Positions 49,046 through 56,976 of a DNA stretch of 64,000 nucleotides are shown here, one piece after another. The notes under the pieces are model-generated. The model saw nothing but the letters and a program-made list of their open reading frames with translations, made no database searches and was not told the origin of the DNA. The DNA is from Desulfococcaceae bacterium. GTDB lineage: Bacteria > Desulfobacterota > Desulfobacteria > Desulfobacterales > Desulfococcaceae. Location: contig JBKHDD010000005.1 in the NCBI GenBank assembly GCA_046541515.1, positions 647 through 64,646 of the forward strand. The letters run 5' to 3'. Positions within the stretch are counted from its first letter, which is position 1. Each line of letters begins with the position of its first letter. The position numbers were made by a program, and so were the translations under genes.

Positions 49046-49786
49046 TCAATTTTCCGGCGTTTCCAGCAAGGCCCGGGCCTTTCCGACGCTGAAGCGGACG
49101 GGAATGTCCCCCGCTTCCGCGAAGCCTCGCAGGGCTTTCGCCCGTTCCGGCGTGGCGGCCGCGGCGATGGAAATGCCGGCCTCCCGGCATCGATCGCGCA
49201 GAGCGGCAACCAGTTCCACCACGGGGATGTTGATCGCCTCCGTTCCGCTCAAATCGACGATCAGCGCGCGGTGTCCATCGGCCCGGATCCGCTCCACCTC
49301 GGGGCCGATGCCCGGCAACAGCTCGGTCAGCGTGGCCCGGTCCACGGAACGGGGCAGGGTCACGATGATGAGGCCCCCGTCCGCGGCAAAATATTTTCGG
49401 GCGGGATTTCGCCGCGTCGTCAGCGGGACCATCTTGCCGACCTGGGCCAGCAAGGCCTCCCGGTCGAACGGCTTCAAAATATAATAGTCGGCCCCTTCCC
49501 GAATGATGTCCAGCACCCGCTCCCGGCTGGCCTCCGCCGTCAGCATGACGACGGGAATCGATTTCAGGACCGGGTCTATCTTGAGATGGCGCAATGTCTC
49601 CAGGCCGTCCATCACCGGCATGGCCACGTCCAGCAGAATCAGATCCGGCCGTTCGTTCCGGGCCGTTTCCAGACCCATGGCGCCGTTTTCCGCCTCCAGG
49701 ATTCGCACGTCGAACGGTTTCAGAGCCCGCCCCACCAGCGTCCGGATCATTTTGCTGTCGTCGACCGTTAAAATCTTCGCGCCCAT
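49046..49786 (-). CDS. receiver-STAS (anti-sigma-antagonist-like) fusion protein
   Basis: REC: KILTVDDSKMIRT..LILLDVAMPVMDG..VMLTAE..YILKPF. The C-terminal ~110 aa (..GGLIIVTLPRSVDRATLTELL..ALIVDLSGTEAINIPVVELVAALRDRCREAGISIAAA..) has the STAS/SpoIIAA layout but no obvious DSSG phospho-serine motif. Confidence 0.8.
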   Translation of the reverse strand: MGAKILTVDDSKMIRTLVGRALKPFDVRILEAENGAMGLETARNERPDLILLDVAMPVMDGLETLRHLKIDPVLKSIPVVMLTAEASRERVLDIIREGADYYILKPFDREALLAQVGKMVPLTTRRNPARKYFAADGGLIIVTLPRSVDRATLTELLPGIGPEVERIRADGHRALIVDLSGTEAINIPVVELVAALRDRCREAGISIAAAATPERAKALRGFAEAGDIPVRFSVGKARALLETPEN

Positions 49787-49845
49787 CGCGCCTTTCCTTC
49801 CTCGGGCGCCGAGGTCCGGGCCCGCCGGCCGGCCACGACCGTCCG

Positions 49846-50859
49846 CTATTGCAAATTGTAGCGTTTGATTTTTTCCACCAGGGTGGTGCGGTTCAGCCGC
49901 AAAAGGTCCGCGGCCTGCTTTTTCACCCAGCGAGTCCGTTGCAACGACTGCAGGATCAAGGATTTTTCAAATTCGCCGACCGCGGTGGTCAGGCAGATGC
50001 CCTCGTCGGAAAGCCGGACGGCGGGCGAAAACGGGGCCGCCTCGGCGTTGCGAAGGGTGGGGGGGAGGTCATCGGCGCCAATTTCTCCGGCGTCCTTGAG
50101 CACCACCAGCCGTTCCATCAGGTTTTTCAACTCCCGCACGTTCCCCGGCCAAGTGTGGCGGTTCAAAATCTCCCGGGCTTCCGCGGAGATGCCGATAACG
50201 GACGCCTGGTTTTTGCGATTGAAATGGTCCAGGAAAAAATCGGCCAACCGGTCGATGTCTCCGGTGCGGTCCCGCAGGGCGGGCGTATCCAGGGGGATGA
50301 CGTAGAGACGGTAAAACAGGTCCTCCCGAAAGCGACCCTCTCGCACCTCTTCCGCCAGATTTTTGTGGGTCGCGGCAATAATCCGCACGTCCACGGAAAT
50401 CGTTCGGACCCCGCCCACCGGTTCGAAGGCCCGCTCTTCGAGCACCTTGAGCAGTTTGACCTGAAGCTCGGGGCTCATATCCCCGATTTCGTCCAAAAAA
50501 ACGGTGCCGCCGTCGGCCTGTTCAAACTTCCCCATTTTGGGATGGGTGGCCCCGGTGAAGGCGCCCCGAACGTGGCCGAACAGTTCGCTTTCCAGCAGAC
50601 TTTCGGGAATCGCCCCGCAGTTGATCCCCACGAAGGGACGATCCGCTCGGGGGGAGCGGTCGTGGATGGCCCGGGCAACCATGCCTTTGCCGGTGCCGCT
50701 TTCTCCGGAAATCAGAACGGTGCTGTCGCTTCGGCTCAACTTTCGGATCAGCCCGAACAGCTCCCGCATGGGGGGGCTGGCCCCGATCATTTCATTCAGG
50801 CCCGGCGGTCTTTGGAGCTCCAAAGGCGCATCTGCCCCCGGAATCGGTTGGGGAATCAC
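49846..50859 (-). CDS. sigma54-dependent transcriptional activator (AAA+ and Fis-type HTH) lacking any N-terminal regulatory domain
   Basis: GTG at 50859 lies 5 nt after AAGGAGG. Only ~25 residues precede [22 protein letters not shown] (Walker A). GAFTGA motif ([10 protein letters not shown]), Walker [10 protein letters not shown] and C-terminal [24 protein letters not shown] are present. The track start at 50958 reads through a repeat region. Confidence 0.85.
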   Translation of the reverse strand: MIPQPIPGADAPLELQRPPGLNEMIGASPPMRELFGLIRKLSRSDSTVLISGESGTGKGMVARAIHDRSPRADRPFVGINCGAIPESLLESELFGHVRGAFTGATHPKMGKFEQADGGTVFLDEIGDMSPELQVKLLKVLEERAFEPVGGVRTISVDVRIIAATHKNLAEEVREGRFREDLFYRLYVIPLDTPALRDRTGDIDRLADFFLDHFNRKNQASVIGISAEAREILNRHTWPGNVRELKNLMERLVVLKDAGEIGADDLPPTLRNAEAAPFSPAVRLSDEGICLTTAVGEFEKSLILQSLQRTRWVKKQAADLLRLNRTTLVEKIKRYNLQ

Positions 50860-50908
50860 GGAAACCTCCTTGCAATCGCATGGGAAAGTGGCAAAACGCC
50901 CTTCATTT

Positions 50909-50938
50909 TTGCAAAATACAAACTTGCAAAATACAAAC
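50909..50938. repeat. exact tandem duplication of the 15-mer TTGCAAAATACAAAC
   Basis: Read directly from the sequence at 50909-50923 and 50924-50938. A third near-copy TTGCAAAATACAAT lies at 51047-51060. More TTTGCA/TGCAAA motifs occur at 51127-51158. Confidence 0.9.
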
Positions 50939-50941
50939 CAA
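50924..50941 (-). promoter_or_regulatory. candidate sigma54 (-24/-12) promoter for the activator/STAS/kinase cassette
   Basis: The minus strand reads TTGGTTTGTATTTTGCAA, with GG and GC separated by exactly 10 nt and a TTGCA -12 element. It lies ~65 nt upstream of the GTG at 50859. Confidence 0.45.
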
Positions 50942-51136
50942 CGCGAAAAGCTCCCCAAAAAAAATATTTGCCCGATTTTTCAGATGGTTTCACTCCAGCC
51001 GATCCTTGGCGCGCCTTCGCGGGGGAGGAAAATTTCCCGCAAACTTTTGCAAAATACAATGAATTTGGAAGCCCAAGGGCTAATTGCTTGAATTAAATAT
51101 GGAATTTTGTGAAAAAAATCACTGCGTTTTGCAAAC

Positions 51137-52513
51137 TTAATTTGCATTCTGCAAAACCTCGTCGGCGAGACCAAAACTTTTGATCTTTCGGTAGAGGGTG
51201 GTGATATTGATTCCAAGCAATTTGGCGGCGCGGGCCTTGTTGCCTCCGGTGTGTCGAAGGGCGCGGCGAATCATTCGAATTTCGCTTTCCCGAAGGGTCA
51301 GCACCTGACCGCGGGAAGATTCGCCGTCCCCCGCTTCTCCCCGCTCCCGAATTCGGGCGGGCAAATCCTCCGGGCGAATCACGCTGGAACGGCTCAAGGC
51401 CAACGCCCGCTCCACCGCGTTTTCCAGCTCCCGCACGTTGCCGGGCCAGTGATAGGCCAGCAACAGGCGCATGGCCTCGGAGGACACCTCCCCGAAATCC
51501 TTGGCCCCGCCGGCGTAGCGGTTCGCGAAATGCCGAACCAGCGGAGAAATGTCCTCCCGCCGCTCCCGCAGGGGCGGCATTCGGACGGAGACCACGTTGA
51601 GCCGGTAAAACAGGTCCTTGCGAAGAATCCCCTGGGCCAATAGCGTTTCCGGCGTTCGGTTGGTGGCGGCCACCACCCGAACATCCACCGGCAGTTCCCG
51701 GGTGCCGCCCACCGGTCGAATCCGGCGCTCCTGAAGAACCCGAAGCAGCTTGACCTGCAACGGGGGCGAGATTTCCGAAATTTCGTCCAAAAAAAGAGTG
51801 CCGCCGGCCGCGGCGCGAAACAGGCCGTCGTGCTCGCGGACGGCGCCGGTAAAGGCGCCTTTGACGTGGCCAAAGAGTTCGCTTTCCAACAGGCCGTCCA
51901 CCATGGCCCCGCAGTTCACCGGCACGAAGGGTCCGTCGGACCGGGCGCTGTTGCGATGAATGGTCCGGGCCGCCACCTCCTTTCCGGTGCCGCTTTCCCC
52001 CTGGATCAGCACCGTGGGGCTTTTCTCCCGCATCCGCTCGATGCGGTCGTAAATTCGCCGCATGACGGGGCTGACCCCCACCAGCTCCCCGTACCCGGAC
52101 GGATCTTCGAGGCGGGAGCGAAGCCGGCGATTTTCGCGCTGCAACGCCTTCTTCTCGAACACCCGGACGGCCAGCAGTTTTAGCCGGTCGAAATTCAGCG
52201 GCTTCTGCAGGTAGTCGTAGGCGCCCAGCTTCATGGCCTCGATGGCGGAGTCCACGTCGGCGTAGCCGGTCAGGATGATCACTTCCGTGTCCGGGCGGGT
52301 CTCCTTGACGGCGCTCAACAACTCCAGCCCGCCAATTTCCGGCATCAGCAGGTCGGTGAAGACCAGGTCGAACCGCTCTTCCCGGATTCGCTCCAGGGCC
52401 TTCAAGCCGCTGGAAACCGACGCAACCTGGCATTCCAGCAGGGAAAGGTGTTTCACGACGACGTCCAGCATTTCCCGGTCGTCGTCCACGCACAGCACGC
52501 GGTGTTCACTCAT
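51137..52513 (-). CDS. NtrC-family sigma54-dependent response regulator (REC-AAA+-HTH)
   Basis: ATG at 52513 overlaps the motB stop by 8 nt. REC: VLCVDDDREMLD..LVFTDLLMPEIGG..IILTGY..YLQKP. AAA+: IQGESGTGKE, GHVKGAFTGA, LFLDEISE. HTH: GNKARAAKLLGINITTLYRKIKSFGL. Confidence 0.92.
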   Translation of the reverse strand: MSEHRVLCVDDDREMLDVVVKHLSLLECQVASVSSGLKALERIREERFDLVFTDLLMPEIGGLELLSAVKETRPDTEVIILTGYADVDSAIEAMKLGAYDYLQKPLNFDRLKLLAVRVFEKKALQRENRRLRSRLEDPSGYGELVGVSPVMRRIYDRIERMREKSPTVLIQGESGTGKEVAARTIHRNSARSDGPFVPVNCGAMVDGLLESELFGHVKGAFTGAVREHDGLFRAAAGGTLFLDEISEISPPLQVKLLRVLQERRIRPVGGTRELPVDVRVVAATNRTPETLLAQGILRKDLFYRLNVVSVRMPPLRERREDISPLVRHFANRYAGGAKDFGEVSSEAMRLLLAYHWPGNVRELENAVERALALSRSSVIRPEDLPARIRERGEAGDGESSRGQVLTLRESEIRMIRRALRHTGGNKARAAKLLGINITTLYRKIKSFGLADEVLQNAN

Positions 52514-53273
52514 CCGTGGGCGCTCCTCCGTCGGAACGAGAAAGGGCCTGAAACGAAGAGGACGACAGGGTGATCTCCACGCGACGGTTTTTCCGCCGGC
52601 CTTCGGCGGTGTCGTTGGGTTCCAGGGGCCGGTACTCGCCATACCCCATCGTCCCGATCCGTTCCGGGGGCACGCCGGCCTCGCCGATCAGGAATTCCGC
52701 CACCGAGGCGGCCCGGGCCATGGAAAGCACCCGGTTTGACCCGTAGAGGCCTCCGGAAACCGGCACGTTGTCGGTATGGCCGGCGATGATGATCTCCCCT
52801 TGGGTGTCCTTGAGCATTTCGCCGATGGACCGCAGCAGCGGGGCCATTTGCGGCCGGATCACCGCCTGGCCGGAATCGAAGGTGGTTTCCCCCATCAGCC
52901 GAATGATCACCTGATCGGCGTCCTGGTCCACCCGGACCAGATTTCCCACGTCGCTCAGGTGCTTTTCCACCTCCGCCCGAATCTCTCGGATCAGCGCCTC
53001 CCGCATCCGGGTGGCGATCACGTCCTGGTCGAAATCCTTTGCGATGATTTTCCGCCCCTTGGGCATCTCCATCACGCGGGTTTTGCGCTGCACGCCGAAG
53101 GCCTCGGCCATGGAGCCCGACATCAGTTTGTACTTCTGCCGGTCCATTTCGGAAAAGGAAAGCATCAGAACGAAAAAACAGAGGAGCAGGCTCATCAGAT
53201 CCCCGAAGGTGACCACCCATTCGGGCGCCCCCTCCTCGACGATCTCCTTGCGTTCCGGCGGTTTCCGGGCCAT
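52506..53273 (-). CDS. motB: flagellar motor stator protein MotB (OmpA-like C-terminal domain)
   Basis: Contains APEWVVTFGDLMSLLLCFFVLMLSFS (plug/TM with conserved Asp) and the C-terminal IIAGHTDNVP..SNRVLSMARAASVAEFL..GYGEYRPL..RRKNRRVEI. Confidence 0.92.
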   Translation of the reverse strand: MARKPPERKEIVEEGAPEWVVTFGDLMSLLLCFFVLMLSFSEMDRQKYKLMSGSMAEAFGVQRKTRVMEMPKGRKIIAKDFDQDVIATRMREALIREIRAEVEKHLSDVGNLVRVDQDADQVIIRLMGETTFDSGQAVIRPQMAPLLRSIGEMLKDTQGEIIIAGHTDNVPVSGGLYGSNRVLSMARAASVAEFLIGEAGVPPERIGTMGYGEYRPLEPNDTAEGRRKNRRVEITLSSSSFQALSRSDGGAPTDE

Positions 53274-53276
53274 GGA

Positions 53277-54059
53277 TCAGGCGCCTTCCGGGGCGGGGGC
53301 GGCCGGGGCGAAGCGGCGGCGGTCCCGGGGGGACAGGTAGATTTTCAGCGATTCCTCCAGCACCATGGGAGAAACCCCCTGGTTCATGGCCAGCGCCGAC
53401 TCCAGAATGATGTTTTTGTTGTCCTGCTCCTGCTCGCTGCGAAGCGCCAGCTTGTCGGCGATGGGATTGCAGATCAGGTTGGCCAGCAGGGCGCCGTACA
53501 GGGTGGTCAGCAAGGCCACCGCCATGGCCGGCCCGATGGAGGCGGGGTCTTCCATGTTGGCCAGCATCTGAACCAGTCCGATCAGCGTTCCGATCATCCC
53601 GAAGGCCGGGCCCGAGGACCCCATGCCCTTGAAGATTCGCTGGCCCACCGAATGGCGCTGGACCATCAGCCGGATATCTTTTTCAAGCATGTCCTCGATG
53701 AGTCCCTCGTCGAAGCCGTCGGACAGGTATCGCAGGGCCTTGTCCGCGAAGGGATCGCTCACCTCCTGGTTTTCCAGGGCGATGAGTCCCTCCTTTTTGG
53801 CGATTTTGGCCAGCTCCAACATCCGCTGAATGACCGCCTCGGGCGGATCAATTTTATACAAAAAGGCTTTCATGGCCACTTTGAGGGAATTGATCACGTC
53901 CGACATGGAAAACTTGATGAAGCAGGTGGCCAGCGTGCCGCCCAGCACGATGAGAATGCCCGGAATATTGATGAACAATAGCAGGCTTCCGCCCAACAAA
54001 ACGGCGGAGATCACCAGGGCGGCGCCTCCGACCAGTCCGATTACGGTTGCCAGATCCAT
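53277..54059 (-). CDS. motA: flagellar motor stator protein MotA
   Basis: N-terminus MDLATVIGLVGGAALVISAVLLGG.., then ..GPAFGMIGTLIGLVQML..AVALLTTLYGALLANLICNPIADKL (MotA/TolQ/ExbB channel signature). Ends 3 nt before motB. Confidence 0.92.
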   Translation of the reverse strand: MDLATVIGLVGGAALVISAVLLGGSLLLFINIPGILIVLGGTLATCFIKFSMSDVINSLKVAMKAFLYKIDPPEAVIQRMLELAKIAKKEGLIALENQEVSDPFADKALRYLSDGFDEGLIEDMLEKDIRLMVQRHSVGQRIFKGMGSSGPAFGMIGTLIGLVQMLANMEDPASIGPAMAVALLTTLYGALLANLICNPIADKLALRSEQEQDNKNIILESALAMNQGVSPMVLEESLKIYLSPRDRRRFAPAAPAPEGA

Positions 54060-54060
54060 G

Positions 54061-55233
54061 TTATCCCCTTATGGAATCTCTGTAAACAAAGACCCGGTCG
54101 GTCACCCCGGCCAGTTCCCGGTTCTTTTTGAGTTTTTCGATGCCGTGGGCGTCCAGCCGGCTGCCGCCGGGCAACAGAAGGGCCCCGGTGGGACGGCGAA
54201 CCTCCCGGGCCAGCCGCATGCCCGGCGCCAGCTCCTCCAGCGGAAGCTCCACGTCCACCCGCCGGGCCTCGGCCGCCTCCAGTTCGCCGGCGTGGGCGAT
54301 CAGGATATCCGTCAGCGCCGGCTCCAGTTGATAGCCGCGCATCCGCCGGAGTTGATCCGGCGTTTCGCCGATCCGGAAGCCGCCGCGATGAAGCAGATTG
54401 TCGAACACCGACGCGGCGTTGATGATTCGGGCGCCCAGGGGCGCCGCGTCCCCGACCAGTCCGTCGGGAAAGCCGCGGCCGTTGTACTGTTCGTGATGGG
54501 ACCGCACCAGGTCGGCGGCCGGGGCGAGAAACTCGATCTCCCGCAGCAGAACCTCCCCAAGCACGGGATGGGAACGGTAGAGCTTGACTTCGTCCCCGGT
54601 CATTTCGGTTCGACTTTTGAAAAGGATTTCCTGGGGGAGGCCGATCATGCCAATGTCGTGGAGCAGGGCGGCCGTTTCCAGTTCGGGAAGGTCTTCGAAT
54701 TTCACGCCGGGAAGACGCTCCGCCAGGAGAAGCGAAAGCTCCGCAACGCGGCGGGAATGGCCGCCCAGGGCATTGTCGAAGGTTTCGATCAGTTGATTGA
54801 ACATCCGGATGGTCTGGTAATAATTGGCGCGAATCCGCTCGTATCGTCGGGTCAGCTCGCTTTCCAAGCCCACGATCCGCTCGCCGATTTCCACCCGCGC
54901 CTCGAATTCGTCGTGGCGAACCGGCTTGGTGATGAAGTCGTCGATGCCGCCTTCCAGGCCCCGCACGACGTCCTGGGGGCGGTTCATTCCGCTGACGATG
55001 ATAAAATAGGTATAGCGGGAGTGGCCCGCCCCGCGAATTCGCTGGCATAGCTCAATCCCGCCAATGTCCGGCATCATCCAGTCCGACACCACCATGGGCG
55101 GCTTCCGGTCCATCCAGGTCGCCCAAGCTTTTCGTCCGTCGATCACCGGGAGCGGCTCGTGCCCCATGTGCCGGATGAACATTTCCAGCATTTCCAGATG
55201 ATCGCGATCATCTTCCGCAACCAAAATCTGCAT
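54061..55233 (-). CDS. receiver-HD-GYP c-di-GMP phosphodiesterase (RpfG-like) with an extra C-terminal domain
   Basis: REC: ILVAEDDRDHLE..MVVSDWMMPDIGG..FIIVSG..FITKPV. HD-GYP: GGHSRRVAEL..AALLHDIGMIG..RSHHEQYNGRGFPDGL (GFP variant of GYP). About 90 further residues follow (..LEELAPGMRLAREVRRPTGALLLPGGSRLDAHGIEKL..). Ends 1 nt before motA. Confidence 0.88.
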   Translation of the reverse strand: MQILVAEDDRDHLEMLEMFIRHMGHEPLPVIDGRKAWATWMDRKPPMVVSDWMMPDIGGIELCQRIRGAGHSRYTYFIIVSGMNRPQDVVRGLEGGIDDFITKPVRHDEFEARVEIGERIVGLESELTRRYERIRANYYQTIRMFNQLIETFDNALGGHSRRVAELSLLLAERLPGVKFEDLPELETAALLHDIGMIGLPQEILFKSRTEMTGDEVKLYRSHPVLGEVLLREIEFLAPAADLVRSHHEQYNGRGFPDGLVGDAAPLGARIINAASVFDNLLHRGGFRIGETPDQLRRMRGYQLEPALTDILIAHAGELEAAEARRVDVELPLEELAPGMRLAREVRRPTGALLLPGGSRLDAHGIEKLKKNRELAGVTDRVFVYRDSIRG

Positions 55234-55330
55234 GACGCGTTTCGTCCAGGGTAGGGGTGACGTCCGCCGCCTTGCGGTGGCGAACCTTCTTTGGGCGACC
55301 GACCATCGGTGGATCTACGGCGGAGGAATT

Positions 55331-55346
55331 TGCAATATCCGTTCCC
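55331..55346 (-). promoter_or_regulatory. candidate sigma54 promoter for the HD-GYP-motAB-ntrC operon
   Basis: The minus strand reads GGGAACGGATATTGCA against consensus TGGCACG-N4-TTGCA. GG/GC spacing is exact and AC, G and TTGCA match. It lies ~95 nt upstream of the ATG at 55233. Confidence 0.5.
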
Positions 55347-55530
55347 AATCCAAAACCCACTTTCCATCCCGGTCCCAAGGCGCTTCATCGGTTTTCAATG
55401 CTGTCTTCGTCAAAATGCTGACGGACCGCGTCGAGGAATCGGTCAAAGGGGCGGTCCTCTATATGCCATCCCGAGAACGAACCCGCCATTTTTTCCCTCG
55501 GAAAGGACCCTTTTTTGCCTCTCCGATGTT

Positions 55531-55546
55531 CGGTATGGCTTTTGCA
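55531..55546 (+). promoter_or_regulatory. candidate sigma54 promoter for the flgB operon
   Basis: The plus strand reads CGGTATGGCTTTTGCA, with exact GG-N10-GC spacing and a TTGCA -12 element. It is ~280 nt upstream of the flgB ATG, which implies a long leader. Confidence 0.4.
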
Positions 55547-55827
55547 TGTCCCTTGGCCATTCACTCGGATATCCCCTCCGTCGGCAATCGTCGATGGAGG
55601 CCCATGAAAAAAAACCGGCGACGGCGGGATTCTGAAAACCGAGCGGCAACTCGGGTTCCGATGGGAATGGTTTCGGACATCCCTCGGACGGGCATCGGTT
55701 GGAGGTCCGCGGCAGGATAGAATACGCCGGCCTGCCGGGAAAATGGAGACCGAATGCGCGGGAATAGACGAAATGGTCCATCGATGGAATCCGCAATCTT
55801 CCTCCCACGATTGCGCGGGAGAACCCC

Positions 55828-56235
55828 ATGAACGGCGCCGATCCGGCCACCGCGCCCCTTCGGTTGCTGGAACGGACCATGGATCTCCGGTCCCGCCAGC
55901 ACGAACGGATCGCCATCAATCTGGCCAACCGGGACACCCCCGGATTCCGCGCCTTCGAAGTGGATCTGGCCGCCGCGCTTTCCACCGAAGCCGAATCCGC
56001 AGCCTCCCTGGAGCGGACCCATCCGTCCCACCGGTCCGGCGTCGGGGAAATGGCGCCGGACCGGACGCCGCTGCGCCCGGTGGAGCGAAACCCGGCATCT
56101 GCCCGGGGTGACGGAAACACCGTGGACCTGGACCGGGAGATGGCCCGCCTGTCCGAAAACGCATTGATGTACACCGCCGCCGCCCGGGTGTTGGCCGACG
56201 AGTACGCCCGCATCCGGGACGCCATCGAGGAGTGA
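55828..56235 (+). CDS. flgB: flagellar basal-body rod protein FlgB
   Basis: Contains RQHERIAINLANRDTPGFRAFEVD and C-terminal NTVDLDREMARLSENALMYTAAARVL. Confidence 0.92.
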   Translation: MNGADPATAPLRLLERTMDLRSRQHERIAINLANRDTPGFRAFEVDLAAALSTEAESAASLERTHPSHRSGVGEMAPDRTPLRPVERNPASARGDGNTVDLDREMARLSENALMYTAAARVLADEYARIRDAIEE

Positions 56236-56239
56236 CGCC

Positions 56240-56665
56240 ATGAGCTTTTTGCAGGCCCTTCGCGCCAGCGCCGCCGGCTTGACCGCGCAGCGGACGCGCA
56301 TGAACCTGATTTCCCAAAATTTGGCCAACATCGAAACCACCCGAACCGAAACGGGCGAGCCCTATCGGCGAAAAGACGTGGTGTTCGCCGCCGGACAAGC
56401 CCCGGGGACCTTCGCGGCGGAACTGTCGGCGCAGGCCCCCGCCGTTCGGGTGGCCGAGGTGATGGAGGACCCGCGCCCCTTCCCCGCCCGGTACGAACCC
56501 GGCCATCCGGACGCCGACGCCGCCGGGTATGTCCAGTTGCCCAACGTGGAGCTGGTGGAGGAAATGGCGAACCTGGTTTCGGCCGTCCGCTCCTACGAAG
56601 CCAACGTCGCCGCGGCCACCGCCAGCCGGCGCATGGCCGCCACCGCGCTGGACATTGGACGCTGA
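56240..56665 (+). CDS. flgC: flagellar basal-body rod protein FlgC
   Basis: Contains MSFLQALRASAAGLTAQRTRMNLISQNLANIETT..YRRK and C-terminal GYVQLPNVELVEEMANLVSAVRSYEANV. Confidence 0.95.
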   Translation: MSFLQALRASAAGLTAQRTRMNLISQNLANIETTRTETGEPYRRKDVVFAAGQAPGTFAAELSAQAPAVRVAEVMEDPRPFPARYEPGHPDADAAGYVQLPNVELVEEMANLVSAVRSYEANVAAATASRRMAATALDIGR

Positions 56666-56666
56666 C

Positions 56667-56960
56667 ATGGCGCCGCCTCCGCTCCAACCGGTTTCGCCGG
56701 AGGTTTTCCGCATTCCGGAATCCCGCCCCGCGGAACGGGCCGGTGGATTCGGGAATGTCCTTTCCGACGCCCTGAATTCCGTCGGCGCCCTGCATCGGGA
56801 AAAGGACGCCGCCATCCGCGAGCTGGCGGCGGGCGAGGCCCCGGACGTCCACTCCACCATGATCGCCATCCAGCGGGCCGACCTCTCCTTCCGGTTCCTC
56901 ATGCAGGTGCGGAACAAGGCGGTGGCGGCCTACCAAGAGATCATGCGGATGAACATCTGA
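56667..56960 (+). CDS. fliE: flagellar hook-basal body complex protein FliE
   Basis: 97 aa from the ATG at 56667. Contains FGNVLSDALNSVGALHREKDAAIRELAAGE..VHSTMIAIQRADLSFRFLMQVRNKAVAAYQEIMRM. The track ORF start at 56529 was trimmed. Confidence 0.9.
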   Translation: MAPPPLQPVSPEVFRIPESRPAERAGGFGNVLSDALNSVGALHREKDAAIRELAAGEAPDVHSTMIAIQRADLSFRFLMQVRNKAVAAYQEIMRMNI

Positions 56961-56976
56961 CCGTTCCGGAACGCCC

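Noticed and set aside
47737-49209. Upstream ~490 codons of the 1022-aa ORF 46141..49209.
   Set aside because: It overlaps the well-supported REC-HK gene (47787..48899) in another frame and has a Pro/Arg/Gly-rich translation. The gene was trimmed to the ATG at 47736, which opens a canonical receiver.
50880-51062. 60-aa ORF containing [10 protein letters not shown], and the N-terminal extension of the EBP ORF (..[10 protein letters not shown]..).
   Set aside because: The peptide repeats are simply the translation of the 15-bp tandem DNA repeat in an intergenic region. A good RBS plus GTG lies downstream at 50859.
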